Below, in pieces: positions 1-10,948 of a DNA stretch of 64,000 nucleotides. Where the stretch lies: the NCBI GenBank assembly GCA_036172245.1, contig JAYWIR010000001.1:2046001-2110000 (forward strand). The letters are read 5' to 3'. This DNA comes from Raillietiella orientalis (Eukaryota). A program made the translations under genes and the position numbers. The first letter of the stretch is position 1. The number at the start of each line of letters is the position of its first letter. Under the pieces are notes generated by a model. That model made no database searches and was not told the origin of the DNA. It was given only the letters and a program-made list of their open reading frames with translations.

Positions 1-2295
1 TATTTATCACCGCAAGGAGTTCGTCACACACATGAAAAAGAAAAACGACCGGGAATGCCCCCTGCAAACAGTACTGCTTTGTTCTGCAAGTACGAAAACA
101 AAACAGGATCCGGAAATGCCCCGAAGCTAGCTGGACAGTTCTTACTAGTTGTTTCAGCAATGTCGGCATGAGTGTGCACCGACTTGCAGCTCCGGTAGAG
201 GGGGCAGGCGCTACTGAAACAGCAAACCACGATAATGATCATCATGGCTATAGAAATGCTAATGACGACGATGGAAGCAGTCATGAACGACCTGTAAAGC
301 AGGACTGACATGTACACACTTAGAAGATCGCTCATGATTAGCTGATTAAATTCGAATGACTGTTTACCTGTCATCAATAGCAGAAAAGGGACGTTCCATT
401 TTGACGCAACACTTCCGGGGATGTTCGGGGCAACACTCAGTGAGCGATACACCGTCCGTCGGTCCAGGACAACTGTACAGTTTCTGTTTTAATAGCCCAC
501 CATCAACGTCTATATCACGACACAGCCTGTGCTCTGTAAAGACGTTCTGTTAAACCTTTAGATCCACTCTTTCACTCTTCCAATTTTATTGATCAAATAA
601 GTCCCGGGAATAAAGCTGAAGGTGGAGGCTGAATAACCTCCTTCCCGCGTCTTATTGAGAGACCACGGGCAAGGAAGACAGATGTTGCAGTGTTACTGTG
701 CACCCACATGAACGCTCGTTTCCTCCCTAAAGGTATGATTTACAGGTATGGTTTTTCTTCCCGAAAATGATCGAATGAACAACAGGAAAGATCCTGAGCA
801 CCTCCAAGGCATCAGCCGTCCTGAGGCTGCAAAATGGAATCGCCAGCTGATTTCTTCCGATCTGTCTCCTGAGATTTCGCTGGAACGTTCTCATTTCCAG
901 TTTTTCCGGATGACCATCTGTTCGAGGAACGCCTGATCGCCTGGCTGTTGCCGGTCGGACCGACTGCACCGCAAGACACACCGAACACGAAAAAGTGACA
1001 TCTTAGTGCCAAGGGGCAATACATCTAACGTGGGGGCGCTCGGGTCTTCCACGCTTGAAAATAGAACTAGATCAGGTTTCTAACGCTAGCGGATGGATAT
1101 GGTGTTCAAGTGGATTCCTTGTAAGCAGGCACTTTTCTCCTGCCAATCAATCCTCGATAACTTGCGAGATGCCTATCTTCCAGGAGATGGAGGTGTTGTC
1201 CCAAGACGAAGCCTCGTCGTCGCCTTGGACGGCCTCCTGTTTTGACGATGCACGTTGCAACCTCCATCGAAACCCTTTGCTTTCAGTGCGGCTCGTCGAA
1301 GCACAACAAAAAGCACACCACAGACGGAAGATTCCGTGCCCCCACAGCCTGCTTTCGAATGTGCAGAGAAGCGATCCGATTTCGGTGGACCGTCGGCGAC
1401 GCAGCCAGGTGCCCGCACGCGACGCTGTCCCGGACCCGGCCTGGGCCGGGCTCACCGGATGACCCAAGCGCGCACCCCAAATACTTGGCACATCTTCGGA
1501 ACCCGCACGTTCCCGCGAACCCGCCGCCGGAAAGAGAGTTCGGCAACAGTGGGGCAGGAAACGGGACTCGCACATCCGCCAGCGACCACGGGCGCGGCGC
1601 AGGAAAGGAGGAACGTTCGAGAAAAATTCCGGGCAGCATCCAGGCCCTGGACGACCGCCACCGCCTGGACGCCACCGCGGTGGTCCACCCCCGCGCCGTC
1701 AGAAGGGGCGGGAACACCCCGGGCTCGCAAAATCCACAGCTGCTCTCAGAAGGACGCAGCGCGCAGGCACCGGCGACCACGGCACAGGGTGGATTTCCGC
1801 GAGAGGTGGACCAATGTTTCGACTCTGGTGCACGCGGCAAGCAGCCGACACCACCACCACATGCCTGGGGATGCCGCCATCAGCGTGTGTCAATTCCTGG
1901 TTACATGCTCTCCTACGGGATTGGAGGAGGAGCAGACCCGGAATTTTTCTTTTCCGTTAGAACCTCTCGAGGGTTTTTCATGCACGAATGCACAAAATAC
2001 TCCATTTCTTACGAAACGGATAAAACGTTCACCTATTTTCCAAGCACGGGAGCCCCGAAGAAACTTTTTCGGGTAATGAAAGAAGGGGGAAAAAAAAAAT
2101 GCCCCCCCAACTTCCGTGTTTCAGTAATTCGAGGCTGATTTCCTAGAACGAATCGCGACGTTCACGCGATGTTTCGCACTCGGATGCAAAAGAAGCAAAA
2201 ATACGGAATGCCTTACCAGAGCACGTGGTACAGGAGAACAGGGACGTGAAAACGAGGACTGCGAGGCAACATAACATCTTCTTCAAGTCTCTCAT
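1..2295 (-). CDS. Shisa-like (Shisa/WBP1/VOPP1 superfamily) single-pass membrane protein; exons ~2295-2217, 533-368, 291-146, 3' end unresolved near or beyond the window edge
   Basis: GT-AG splicing gives signal peptide MRDLKKMLCCLAVLVFTSLFSCTTCS, a Cys-rich ectodomain (CRDID...YSCPGPTDGVSLTECCPEHPRKCC), a TM helix IVVISISIAMMIIIVV and juxtamembrane CCFSSACPLYRSC. Intron phases are compatible. Confidence 0.8.
600..1045 (+). pseudogene. RAG1: RAG1-like 3' remnant inside Shisa intron 1
   Basis: In RAG1 order: KDPEHL~ECPESL, QLISS~ELLST, QFFRMTI~NYFHKTL, IAW~GAW, RKTHRTRKSDIL..TS~RKMNARQSK..DVL..TS. Frameshifted. Confidence 0.5.
1093..2076 (+). pseudogene. RAG1: RAG1-like 5' remnant (N-terminal non-core region, RING/ZFA, start of NBD) inside Shisa intron 1
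   Basis: HVATSIETLCFQCGSSKHNKKHTTDG~HQANLRHLCRICGNS..HNRRYPVHG; VDFRE~VDFPE; CSPTGLE~CFPTDLE; REPRRNFF~GRPRQHLL. Confidence 0.7.
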
Positions 2296-2559
2296 GCGGT
2301 CATTCTGCCATGAGACCGCTGCTGCTACATGCTTCTCTGCCCAACCCAATCCACTGGAAATTTCTGTCTCGTGCTCAACAGCCCGATTCCGATCAATAAA
2401 TGCAGATGGCATCCCGCTCGGGTTGGCGATTCCCATCTGTCCAGATTCACGACGGGAGCAGTGCACGCGCCTTCCCCGACCAATGGGTTTGACCCCCGCT
2501 TTCCGGGGACGCTCGTTGCGGAGACGGCGTGACTCATCCTGCTCCCCCTCCCTCTAGCG

Positions 2560-3765
2560 ACCGTGGAGCGAGGTCAGCATTGTTGCAAGTGCGCAACATG
2601 TTGGTTTGCGCATGACCACGGGGCGGCTCGGTGTACCCCCACTCGTGCGAGCGAAAAAAAGCGCCGCGGACGGAAGGCGAGGGAGCGGCGGAGACCTGCT
2701 CGAGGGAGGTGGGGCGGGGGTAGGAAGATCCCCCCCCTTGCCTTCTGCAGATGAGTCATCGAAGGGGATGAAACCGTCCACGGGCAGGCAAGCCTGCCAT
2801 GCAGTGGAATGGCTGCCATGCTTCTTTTTTCCGCGCCACGGTTCGTGTAGACGCTGGTAGAGGTGGGCGAGCATTCTGCCAGGGTGAATAGCAGTTTCTG
2901 CTGAAGTCGCCCGGAGCGTCATGGAAGCCGGGTTTTTGCAGCCGAGGTGGTGGGTCTTCTCCCCCGAGGAAGACGCTCACCGGGGCTGCAGCCTGCCTGC
3001 ACCCCGGGGAAGGCGCGTGCTGGCGAGAGCTCCCTCGCATGGAGTCAGGAAATCGGGGTGACGACGCGGGCTGACACCTCGGAACCGAAGCAAGCCGGAA
3101 GCAAGAGTCCGATGGTGCCAGCAATGCTGGTTTGCCCCCGGCCGAGAGGAGGCAGCGGATCGCGAGGGGGCCGTTCGGCTGCTTCCGCTAAAACCGCTGA
3201 GCATCGGGGACCGAGAGCGGCACGCCGCCGACCACGATGGACGTTCAGCAACGCGCAGGCGCGGCGGCGCACGGCACGGCACCGTGCGGGACAGTCGGGA
3301 AAATCGCGCGGCACGCGGTCGCGAGAGGGCGATGCGGTGCGCGGGATGGCGGGAAAGCGCACTGCCACCCAGGTGGGCAGGGGCTCCGCCGGAGCCGCGA
3401 ACCGAAGGAAGGGAGACGGGCGCCCGCATGCTCCTCTTCCATGCCAGCACCCAACGACCCAAACAAGTACACCGGAAAGTGCGGGGAGAGGGGGGGGAGG
3501 AAAGCAACTCCTCCGGGAAGTCGACGGTCCGTCGGGAAACCAGACGAGAGCTCCGCCGTGACGGCGAGAGGGGCCTCATAGTGCAGCTGCGATCGATTGC
3601 GCGGGAGCGAGCTTTGTCTTTCGCCGACGTGATTTTTCTTCCATTCCTCCGGAGGTGCATAAGAGGATACGGGAAAGGTTTCTTTTCTCCCCGGATGAAT
3701 GCCCTTCCTCCAGAAGGGCAGCACTGAGCAGCGCACCAGAAACAGGGCAGCGGCCAGAACATCCT
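2560..3765 (-). pseudogene. RAG1: RAG1-like remnant (RING, NBD, pre-RNase H region), GC-rich
   Basis: TVDFPEEL~AVDFPEHF; DCPARCR~YCPSCR; RPPRDPLPPLGRGQ~RPRQHLLSLTRRAQ; YQRLH..GSHSTAWQACL~FQPLH..GYHHFEWQPPL. Confidence 0.7.
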
Positions 3766-3769
3766 AGGT

Positions 3770-4140
3770 GGCGAGGATATTCTTCGGTTCGTAGCCTTCG
3801 ACAGGGGCACTTGCATCCATCTCAACTCGGCGGAGATCTCCTCCTCCAGAGACGCCCGTATCTTGCTTCCCGAGTTGGGTGCGTCGCGGGAGGCGCAATG
3901 AATCTAGGACTCTGTTAATATGAAGGGCCACGAGCATTAAAATGAATGTGCTTGTCCATGTACGTAGAATAAACATGCGGGTGTTCATTCCTTATGCCCT
4001 TTCGATATGTTTTCAGCCAGCTGTGTCACCTGAGGCGAAATCACAGCAATCAAGAACCAAAAGACTGGCTATATAAACTCTTGAAGCATTCAACTGGACT
4101 ACCTAAATTCATGAAACATTCAACTGTGAGCAAGCAACAA
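3770..4140 (+). pseudogene. RAG1: RAG1-like C-terminal remnant overlapping the outer end of the left palindrome arm
   Basis: DLLLQRRPYLAS~DLYLKMKPVWRS; LC*YEG~LCQY...YEG; LVHVRRINMR~LAHVPEIIER; DWLY..LPKFMKH~HWLY..LQKFMNAH. Confidence 0.65.
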
Positions 4141-4189
4141 GGCATGGATGGCACTTTGGCCCAGTCCTATCACACCGTCGTCAAGTGAG

Positions 4190-5800
4190 CTCCTCCACGC
4201 GTTGCTACGGGGCAGATGGAGAGAGCGATGGGTTGGTGTTTCTGATGGCCTCAGCAAGGCGAACACATTCAGCCGCAGAAGACGAAGCAAAAGATGGCGA
4301 CCACCGTGCGCTTTTCCAGCAAACTTCCGCAGGGACCACGAAGCGACGCACCGGCTGTTTCGGGATCATGCGCACCCTCTCTCTTCCGGATCACGGCTGC
4401 CATGGCGACCTCGAGACCGCTTCGGGCGAAGATCCCCGCCTTATCACTTCCTTCGCAGCCGTCTCTTCGTGGAACGCAGCTCTTGGCATGCTTCGGCGAG
4501 ACCGCCGACTGTGCGTAAACACTGGCGCACCAGCGGCACCAGCTCTCGGAGACACCGAAAGGGAATGACCGTTCTCACGGCGGGATGGGGACAATGGGAA
4601 AGGGCAACAGAGGAAGCGAAGACGAGTGACGGATAAGTTCGCTTCCGCGCCCAGGAGTTTCCGCGGTCCCATTTACTTGGATGAGTTCTACTTCCTTCGG
4701 AATTTGGACCCCTCGGCGGACTCCGGGAAAGGGACGGAAGATGGGCACCAGGATCTCCGAGAACAGGGATGGTCTCAAGTGTCCTCACCCACGCCAGGAG
4801 GCGTGAGTCCCTCGCCTCAGCAGCGGGCCGACAGTCCATCGCTTTTTCTTCGTTGAGACCGCTGGCGCGGAGAGCTAGCCGCGCCCCCCGGCGGCACTTC
4901 CCGCAGCTCCTCTTTCGGGTGAGTGGTCCGAGAATCTTTCCAGGTCCAGGCTCGTTCCGGTATCGCCGCCACCTGCAAGGAGAAGAGGGATGGGGGGGGG
5001 GGGGAGAGAGAGAAGAAGAAGAGAAAGGAAAAACGACCCACGTGCTCGGCTTGTCCGCTGGCGGTGGCACCATCCCAGCGTCGCTGCTGCCGCGTCGAGG
5101 GCACGCGAGACCAAAGTTCTTCTTTGCACTGTTTTTCTTCCCATCCTGTATGGAAACGTCGGGAAGGTCGCGTCCTTCCCCCTCCTCCTCCCCCGAGCAG
5201 GACGGCGACCCCGCCGCCACGCGCACCTGGAGCCAGGGAAGAAACCGCGGTGTCGGATCTGGAGCCGCCCAGACAACGAGACCAGAGGCAGCGCCGGCAT
5301 CTCTGACGGAGCTGGACCGGCGGCGCGGTCCAGCGACTGAGGCAGTTGCTGCGTATCGGACCCATAGCTCCTCCACAGGACCAGCGGCGCGGTGGGGTAC
5401 CCCCGAGAATCCCCACGGGGACAACCCGCCCCGCGACTACCGTTCCTCTTGGACCATTCGACCTTCGCAGCGCCCGCAGTCACCGGCGGAAGACGCGCGG
5501 ACGAGAGACGCGGTTATCTTAGGTGCGTCCCATCCATCGGAACTGCAGGCGGTCCTAGGATCTGCCGAGGGGCAGCCGAGGGGAGCGTCCGGCATGGCGC
5601 GTCTTCGCCTCGCCTTTGGCACTGTGAGCGTACCGGCCAAGGCTGCACCCTCTCTGGGCAGTGCGAGTGCAGACAGCGGCGACGAGGCGGCGGCCCCAGG
5701 ACCACTTCGTGCGTCTGCCCACAGAGCACGAGATCCCCGAGATCTACCGTAGAGGGTTCGGGGACAGCGGAGCGGGGCACATTGCACCCGCGACCCCCCA
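4190..5800 (-). pseudogene. RAG1: RAG1-like pseudogene with internal deletions (left arm plus spacer)
   Basis: RING EVVLGPPPRRRCLHSHC~EHILADPVETNCKHVFC (same spacing). Core PERAWTWKDSRTTHPKEELREVPPG~[28 protein letters not shown]..RKLL~MNGNFARKLM; LRELVPL~LRELMDL. Confidence 0.8.
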
Positions 5801-5949
5801 GTACCAGAGCAGAGGATTCGACTCTACGTGCGGCAAGCCGCCACCTCCGTCCACCTCCGAACGGGCGCCCATCGGAAGGAACCGCGGACCGGTCGCTGAC
5901 CTCGGTTTCCGGGAAGATCCTGGCGGAGAATCGGTCCGCTACCTCCGCC

Positions 5950-7515
5950 GTCACGAGCCGCGTAGAACGAGCTGGTCCCGCACATCCCGGACGGAGCCGT
6001 ACCGTAGCCCTCCATCCGTGCGTGGGCTGTGGCGCCCTCCACCTCGGACCCGTAACCACCTCCCCGAGGGGCAGCCAGAGAGGCCGGAGAGCAGGGATGA
6101 CCGGAGAGGCTCAGAGATCCGGCTCCACCTCCGACATAGTCTCCCGCATCCCGGCAGCATGCGCGGGAGCGTCCTCTCTGCCCCGCGGCAGGGCACTCCT
6201 CGGACAGTCGCTCCTCTAATGGGCGGAGGAGGCATCCCTCGTTCCCAGGTCGCTCCTAGAGCACCGGCAAGATGAAGGACTTTACAGGCACCGGAGAGCG
6301 AGGACCAGGAGGAAGCATGGGATCTTAAGGCTCTCCCCAATGGATCCTCGGTCTTCCATCCGTTTCGGCGGACCCTGCGCTGGGCTCCCATGGCGGCGAG
6401 TCTCCGTCTCCTGCCTCCAGGCCTCTGGTCTCGTCTGGGCGGCTCCAGATCCGACACCGCGGTTTCTTCCCTGGCTCCAGGTGCGCGTGGCGGCGGGGTC
6501 GCCGTCCTGCTCGGGGGAGGAGGAGGGGGAAGGACGCGACCTTCCCGACGTTTCCATACAGGATGGGAAGAAAAACAGTGCAAAGAAGAACTTTGGTCTC
6601 GCGTGCCCTCGACGCGGCAGCAGCGACGCTGGGATGGTGCCACCGCCAGCGGACAAGCCGAGCACGTGGGTCGTTTTTCCTTTCTCTTCTTCTTCTCTCT
6701 CTCCCCCCCCCCCCCATCCCTCTTCTCCTTGCAGGTGGCGGCGATACCGGAACGAGCCTGGACCTGGAAAGATTCTCGGACCACTCACCCGAAAGAGGAG
6801 CTGCGGGAAGTGCCGCCGGGGGGCGCGGCTAGCTCTCCGCGCCAGCGGTCTCAACGAAGAAAAAGCGATGGACTGTCGGCCCGCTGCTGAGGCGAGGGAC
6901 TCACGCCTCCTGGCGTGGGTGAGGACACTTGAGACCATCCCTGTTCTCGGAGATCCTGGTGCCCATCTTCCGTCCCTTTCCCGGAGTCCGCCGAGGGGTC
7001 CAAATTCCGAAGGAAGTAGAACTCATCCAAGTAAATGGGACCGCGGAAACTCCTGGGCGCGGAAGCGAACTTATCCGTCACTCGTCTTCGCTTCCTCTGT
7101 TGCCCTTTCCCATTGTCCCCATCCCGCCGTGAGAACGGTCATTCCCTTTCGGTGTCTCCGAGAGCTGGTGCCGCTGGTGCGCCAGTGTTTACGCACAGTC
7201 GGCGGTCTCGCCGAAGCATGCCAAGAGCTGCGTTCCACGAAGAGACGGCTGCGAAGGAAGTGATAAGGCGGGGATCTTCGCCCGAAGCGGTCTCGAGGTC
7301 GCCATGGCAGCCGTGATCCGGAAGAGAGAGGGTGCGCATGATCCCGAAACAGCCGGTGCGTCGCTTCGTGGTCCCTGCGGAAGTTTGCTGGAAAAGCGCA
7401 CGGTGGTCGCCATCTTTTGCTTCGTCTTCTGCGGCTGAATGTGTTCGCCTTGCTGAGGCCATCAGAAACACCAACCCATCGCTCTCTCCATCTGCCCCGT
7501 AGCAACGCGTGGAGG
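5950..7515 (+). pseudogene. RAG1: RAG1-like pseudogene with internal deletions (spacer plus right arm), head-to-head with the previous copy
   Basis: CVGCGALHLGPVTT~CQICEHILADPVET; GGIPRS~GGRPRQ; DQEEAWDLKAL~DKEEGGDVKSV. The core is identical to the left arm. Confidence 0.8.
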
Positions 7516-7569
7516 AGCTCACTTGACGACGGTGTGATAGGACTGGGCCAAAGTGCCATCCATGCCTTG

Positions 7570-7860
7570 TTGCTTGCTCACAGTTGAATGTTTCATGAAT
7601 TTAGGTAGTCCAGTTGAATGCTTCAAGAGTTTATATAGCCAGTCTTTTGGTTCTTGATTGCTGTGATTTCGCCTCAGGTGACACAGCTGGCTGAAAACAT
7701 ATCGAAAGGGCATAAGGAATGAACACCCGCATGTTTATTCTACGTACATGGACAAGCACATTCATTTTAATGCTCGTGGCCCTTCATATTGATTAACACA
7801 CATGTTATGCAGAGCAGTATTATATGAAGTGATGTGTTTGCTTAGATTCAGAGGCATATG
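7570..7860 (-). pseudogene. RAG1: RAG1-like C-terminal remnant at the outer end of the right arm
   Basis: Mirror of 3917-4140, but continues outside the arm with a different RAG1-like sequence (PLNL...SYNT...QYEG). Confidence 0.55.
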
Positions 7861-7869
7861 TTTTATTAA

Positions 7870-8800
7870 TACACTTAATAAGTAATAGATCATATTGGTG
7901 TATCTATATGAAATGTTATGAAAAATGGATATATGTACTTATTAGATATCTTTCATGTTTCCATATGTCATTTTTTTTTCAATCTCTTTCAATTTGTTTC
8001 CCTTTTCATTGTTTTTCACTCTTTTAAAAAGTCACAATTATTCCTTTATTTTTACATGTGTGGCAGTGTGTTGATTGAATATATATTTATTTTATATACA
8101 AACATAACCATATACATATAAGCATGCACATATAAACAGTTCCACTCATAAATATGTGTGCATATATATATACATGTAAGTATATATACGAATATATAGT
8201 AAGTGTATATTAATATATATGCAAATATGCGTGTGTATGTGTAAATATATGTATCAGTATATGCATATAAATATATATTAATGTATGTACATAAATGTAC
8301 ACCAATGCGTGTGCATAAATATACATTAAATTATGTTCATAGATATATATATTTAGAAATACCATATGTACATATTTCCATGTCTATATGCATGTGTTTA
8401 CGTTTTTCTCTTTATTTCCTTGTTCATGTGTGTTTACATGCTCATGTATATTTCTATATATTGGTATTATCTATACATGTAGTAGGTATATCTATTTATT
8501 TATTATAATCTTCATGATAAAGATTAGTGCGTATATTATTAGTCCTTATAGAAATATATATATATATATGTATCCATATACATAATGGACTTCATATTGA
8601 TTTTGATAGTCTTCCATATATACATTAGTAATATAATCAGCAAATGTAATATAATCAACCTTGGTAACCAACATTAGTATACAATCAACAATCAACCTGT
8701 TATTAATAAAATGCAGCTTAATAAATCTCATTAAATATATGTGTTAGAGGAGCATTAGCATTATTAATATATATTTTAACAAATAATAATTACTATATGT
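7870..8800. repeat. AT-rich low-complexity region with degenerate (TA)n/(TG)n microsatellite
   Basis: Runs such as atatatatatacatgt and gtgtgtatgtgtaaatatat; no credible ORF. Confidence 0.85.
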
Positions 8801-9079
8801 GTCAAAGTAAATTTAGGATAAGCCTGCATGTTCCTTTTTAATGATGTTTCGGGCGCAGGTCTGCTGCCGTTCTCCTCGCCGTTCCTCTAACGGGAGGCAG
8901 ATTGGGCCTCGATGCTTGAGTAAAAGGAAAATAGGTGAAGCACAGGAAGACCACAGACATGTGGCAGCAGCTGGATGCACGATGGAGGCCTACGCAACGC
9001 ATGAAGTTACTTCGCCTCAAGGTTATCAAGGTTTGCCATGCGCGGTCACGTTGGTCAGCACAGTGGAATTTGGACATTC

Positions 9080-9960
9080 CTTATCGGCATGGCGTCGAAA
9101 ACGACCTCGTGTTAAGCCATTCGTGTTGAGCCGCCACCAAACTCCCGCATTGTCCCTTTTGGAGCCGCGACTTGTGTTCCGGTTGTCCATATGCTTCTGA
9201 TGTCACCACTTGTTCTTCCGAATTCCCCAGTGGGATCTCCTGAGAGGAGCTTGCCAGGGTGTTCATCTATTGGAGGCAACAGTGTCTTACTCAGTGCCGC
9301 ACGGGGTTCCTTTGGCAAGCCTCCTCATTGAGTCGTCTGGTGAGGTCAAGAGCTTGAGGCAACAATCTATGAGCTCTCCAGTTTCTTGTCTTTCCATTGC
9401 TTCCCCACCCTTCACTGCCAATTCTCCTCTCAAGTTGTGCTCTCGCTCCTAGTTACCGCCCACCCAGCCTTGGGTAGGAGCTAGGGCCACTTGAGCAACT
9501 TCCCTCTCCTCCGGCAGTACCCATCCTGTTTCAACTACCCCAATTTGGTTTCCGAAGAGTAGGAAGTCTCCCGAGGCTGCTGTCCCCGAATTCTCCAGCC
9601 AAGAGTGCATCTGCGATGGAGGCCCCCAGCAAAAAGTGTGACACAGGGCCGACCAACCTGCTCTTCTGCAGGACAGATCCGTCCATACTTTCGACCTCCC
9701 TTTCAGGGTGGCACGATCTGGAAATGAGGCGTGTGAATGAAAGAGGGGAAATGGCCACTTGGTTCCCTCTGCGGGGTTCTCTCAAAATCCTCTCAACCCG
9801 TGTTCCACCCCCCCCATTTGCGCTCGTTCGGGCGCCTGGATCTCCCGATTCCGCCGCTCACGAGAGATGAGGACCAACGGCAGCCCGCCTCCACGCGGCC
9901 AAACTCCCAACCCGCCGGGAGCAAGACCACGCGAGAATTCGGACTCAAGAGGCCATCACC
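9080..9960 (-). pseudogene. RAG1: RAG1-like core/C-terminal remnant
   Basis: ISRSCHPE~ITRSHAE; SIADALLAGEFG~SIDALHCDIG; NTLASSSQEI~KTLAHVPEI; HEWLNT~HHWLYT. Confidence 0.65.
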
Positions 9961-10122
9961 TCCCCCCCTACCACCCCCTCCTCCTCCACTCCCTCTCACC
10001 ACCCCCGTCATCGACTTCAGCTCTCACGTGCTCACTCGATGTCTGCCACTTCTTGTTGTCGATTTCATGGCGGGGTAGGGACAAAGGAAACTGCGTCAGC
10101 TGGTCACAGGTGCTACCGCCGA

Positions 10123-10370
10123 TTACGCGTTGCAGTAAGGGATGTTGCAATATTCCCAGTCGTTTTCGTTTATGTAGCACCAAGGCTCCGGGAGGGAATT
10201 GTAAGGATTCCTGCAGTAGTTCCTGGATAGGGAAATGCCTCCTTCCGGGAAGCCATCGTCCGTGAAATACCAAGGCAGGTTTGCCTTCTCCCACCGGATG
10301 CACTTCTTCCCGGATCTCGTGGTATCCAAAACGCCCACATACTCCGATCCTTCCTTCGAGTACCTGCAAG
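10123..10370 (-). CDS. Intact terminal exon encoding one kringle domain; upstream exons not found
   Basis: CRYSKEGSEYVG..TTRSGKKCIRW...NYCRNP..PEPWCY..WEYCNIPYC has all six Cys. There is a phase-1 acceptor (ttcag) at 10371-10372 and a stop at 10123. Confidence 0.88.
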
Positions 10371-10499
10371 CTGAAGACCCCCTTGAATTTTTCAGACAGG
10401 AAAAAGAGCACCCAAATTGGTTAAAGACGTCCTTTTCCCGCAAACAAGAGAGGGGGGAAGGAAGGGGGGTAGAGACGATGCGAATTTTTGCTGCCGTTA

Positions 10500-10870
10500 A
10501 TTTTAGTCCACAGAACCCTGTTGCTTGCTCTGCTTTGTTCCACTGCTATTCCTGCCATCTATGTATGTTATACAACGTATTGCAAGACTTAATTTCTATA
10601 AATTGGGCAGTTTCTAAAAATTGGAAGACGCCCAGGCATTCGCATCTTGCGTAAAGGTTTCGAGGGTCTCCCTCCCCCCCCTTCATGATTCGCTTTGGGT
10701 TCGTTCGATGACGGGAAGCCGTTGGAGACGCTACGATGATTCCTGCCAGCAATCATTTCAGGCAGAGATTCCAAAAAATTTGTCAACATTTTTCTTGGGA
10801 ATTTCCTCAGGGGTCAGAAAGGACTCTCGTTTGTTGTACTGTGTCGTGGATGCGAGCATCAAAAGGCCAT
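10500..10870 (-). pseudogene. RAG1: Probable RAG1-like N-terminal remnant
   Basis: NLYARCECLGV~NL(R/Q)xLCRICG; starts directly after the C-terminus of the upstream copy. Confidence 0.4.
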
Positions 10871-10948
10871 CCTCGTCGTGTAAACTCTGGACGCACCCCG
10901 CCTCACATTCCAAATGATCCCAATTTTTTTTTCTGTGTTTTTTGTATT

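Larger units (their letters stand above)
3917..7790. repeat. Large inverted repeat: arms 3917-5289 and 6421-7790, with a 1131-bp spacer
   Basis: The ORF track mirrors exactly (coordinate sums 11707, identical translations). The only difference seen is a 3-bp indel near the inner end. Confidence 0.97.

Noticed and set aside
1242-1400. Gag-like CCHC zinc knuckle / LINE ORF1 (CFQCGSSKH)
   Set aside because: The last Cys is missing, and the context fits RAG1 LCRICGNS..HNRR with downstream RING and NBD motifs.
4444-7263. Long 200-330 aa ORFs in the GC-rich block as real genes, or a kinase C-lobe (PFRCPRELVPLVRQCW at ~49490)
   Set aside because: These are stop-poor GC-rich shadow frames with no other kinase motifs; the RAG1 reading switches between frames.
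3917-7790. Foldback/TIR transposon with an internal gene
   Set aside because: No TSD; the arm ends cut through RAG1 remnants that continue beyond the arms.
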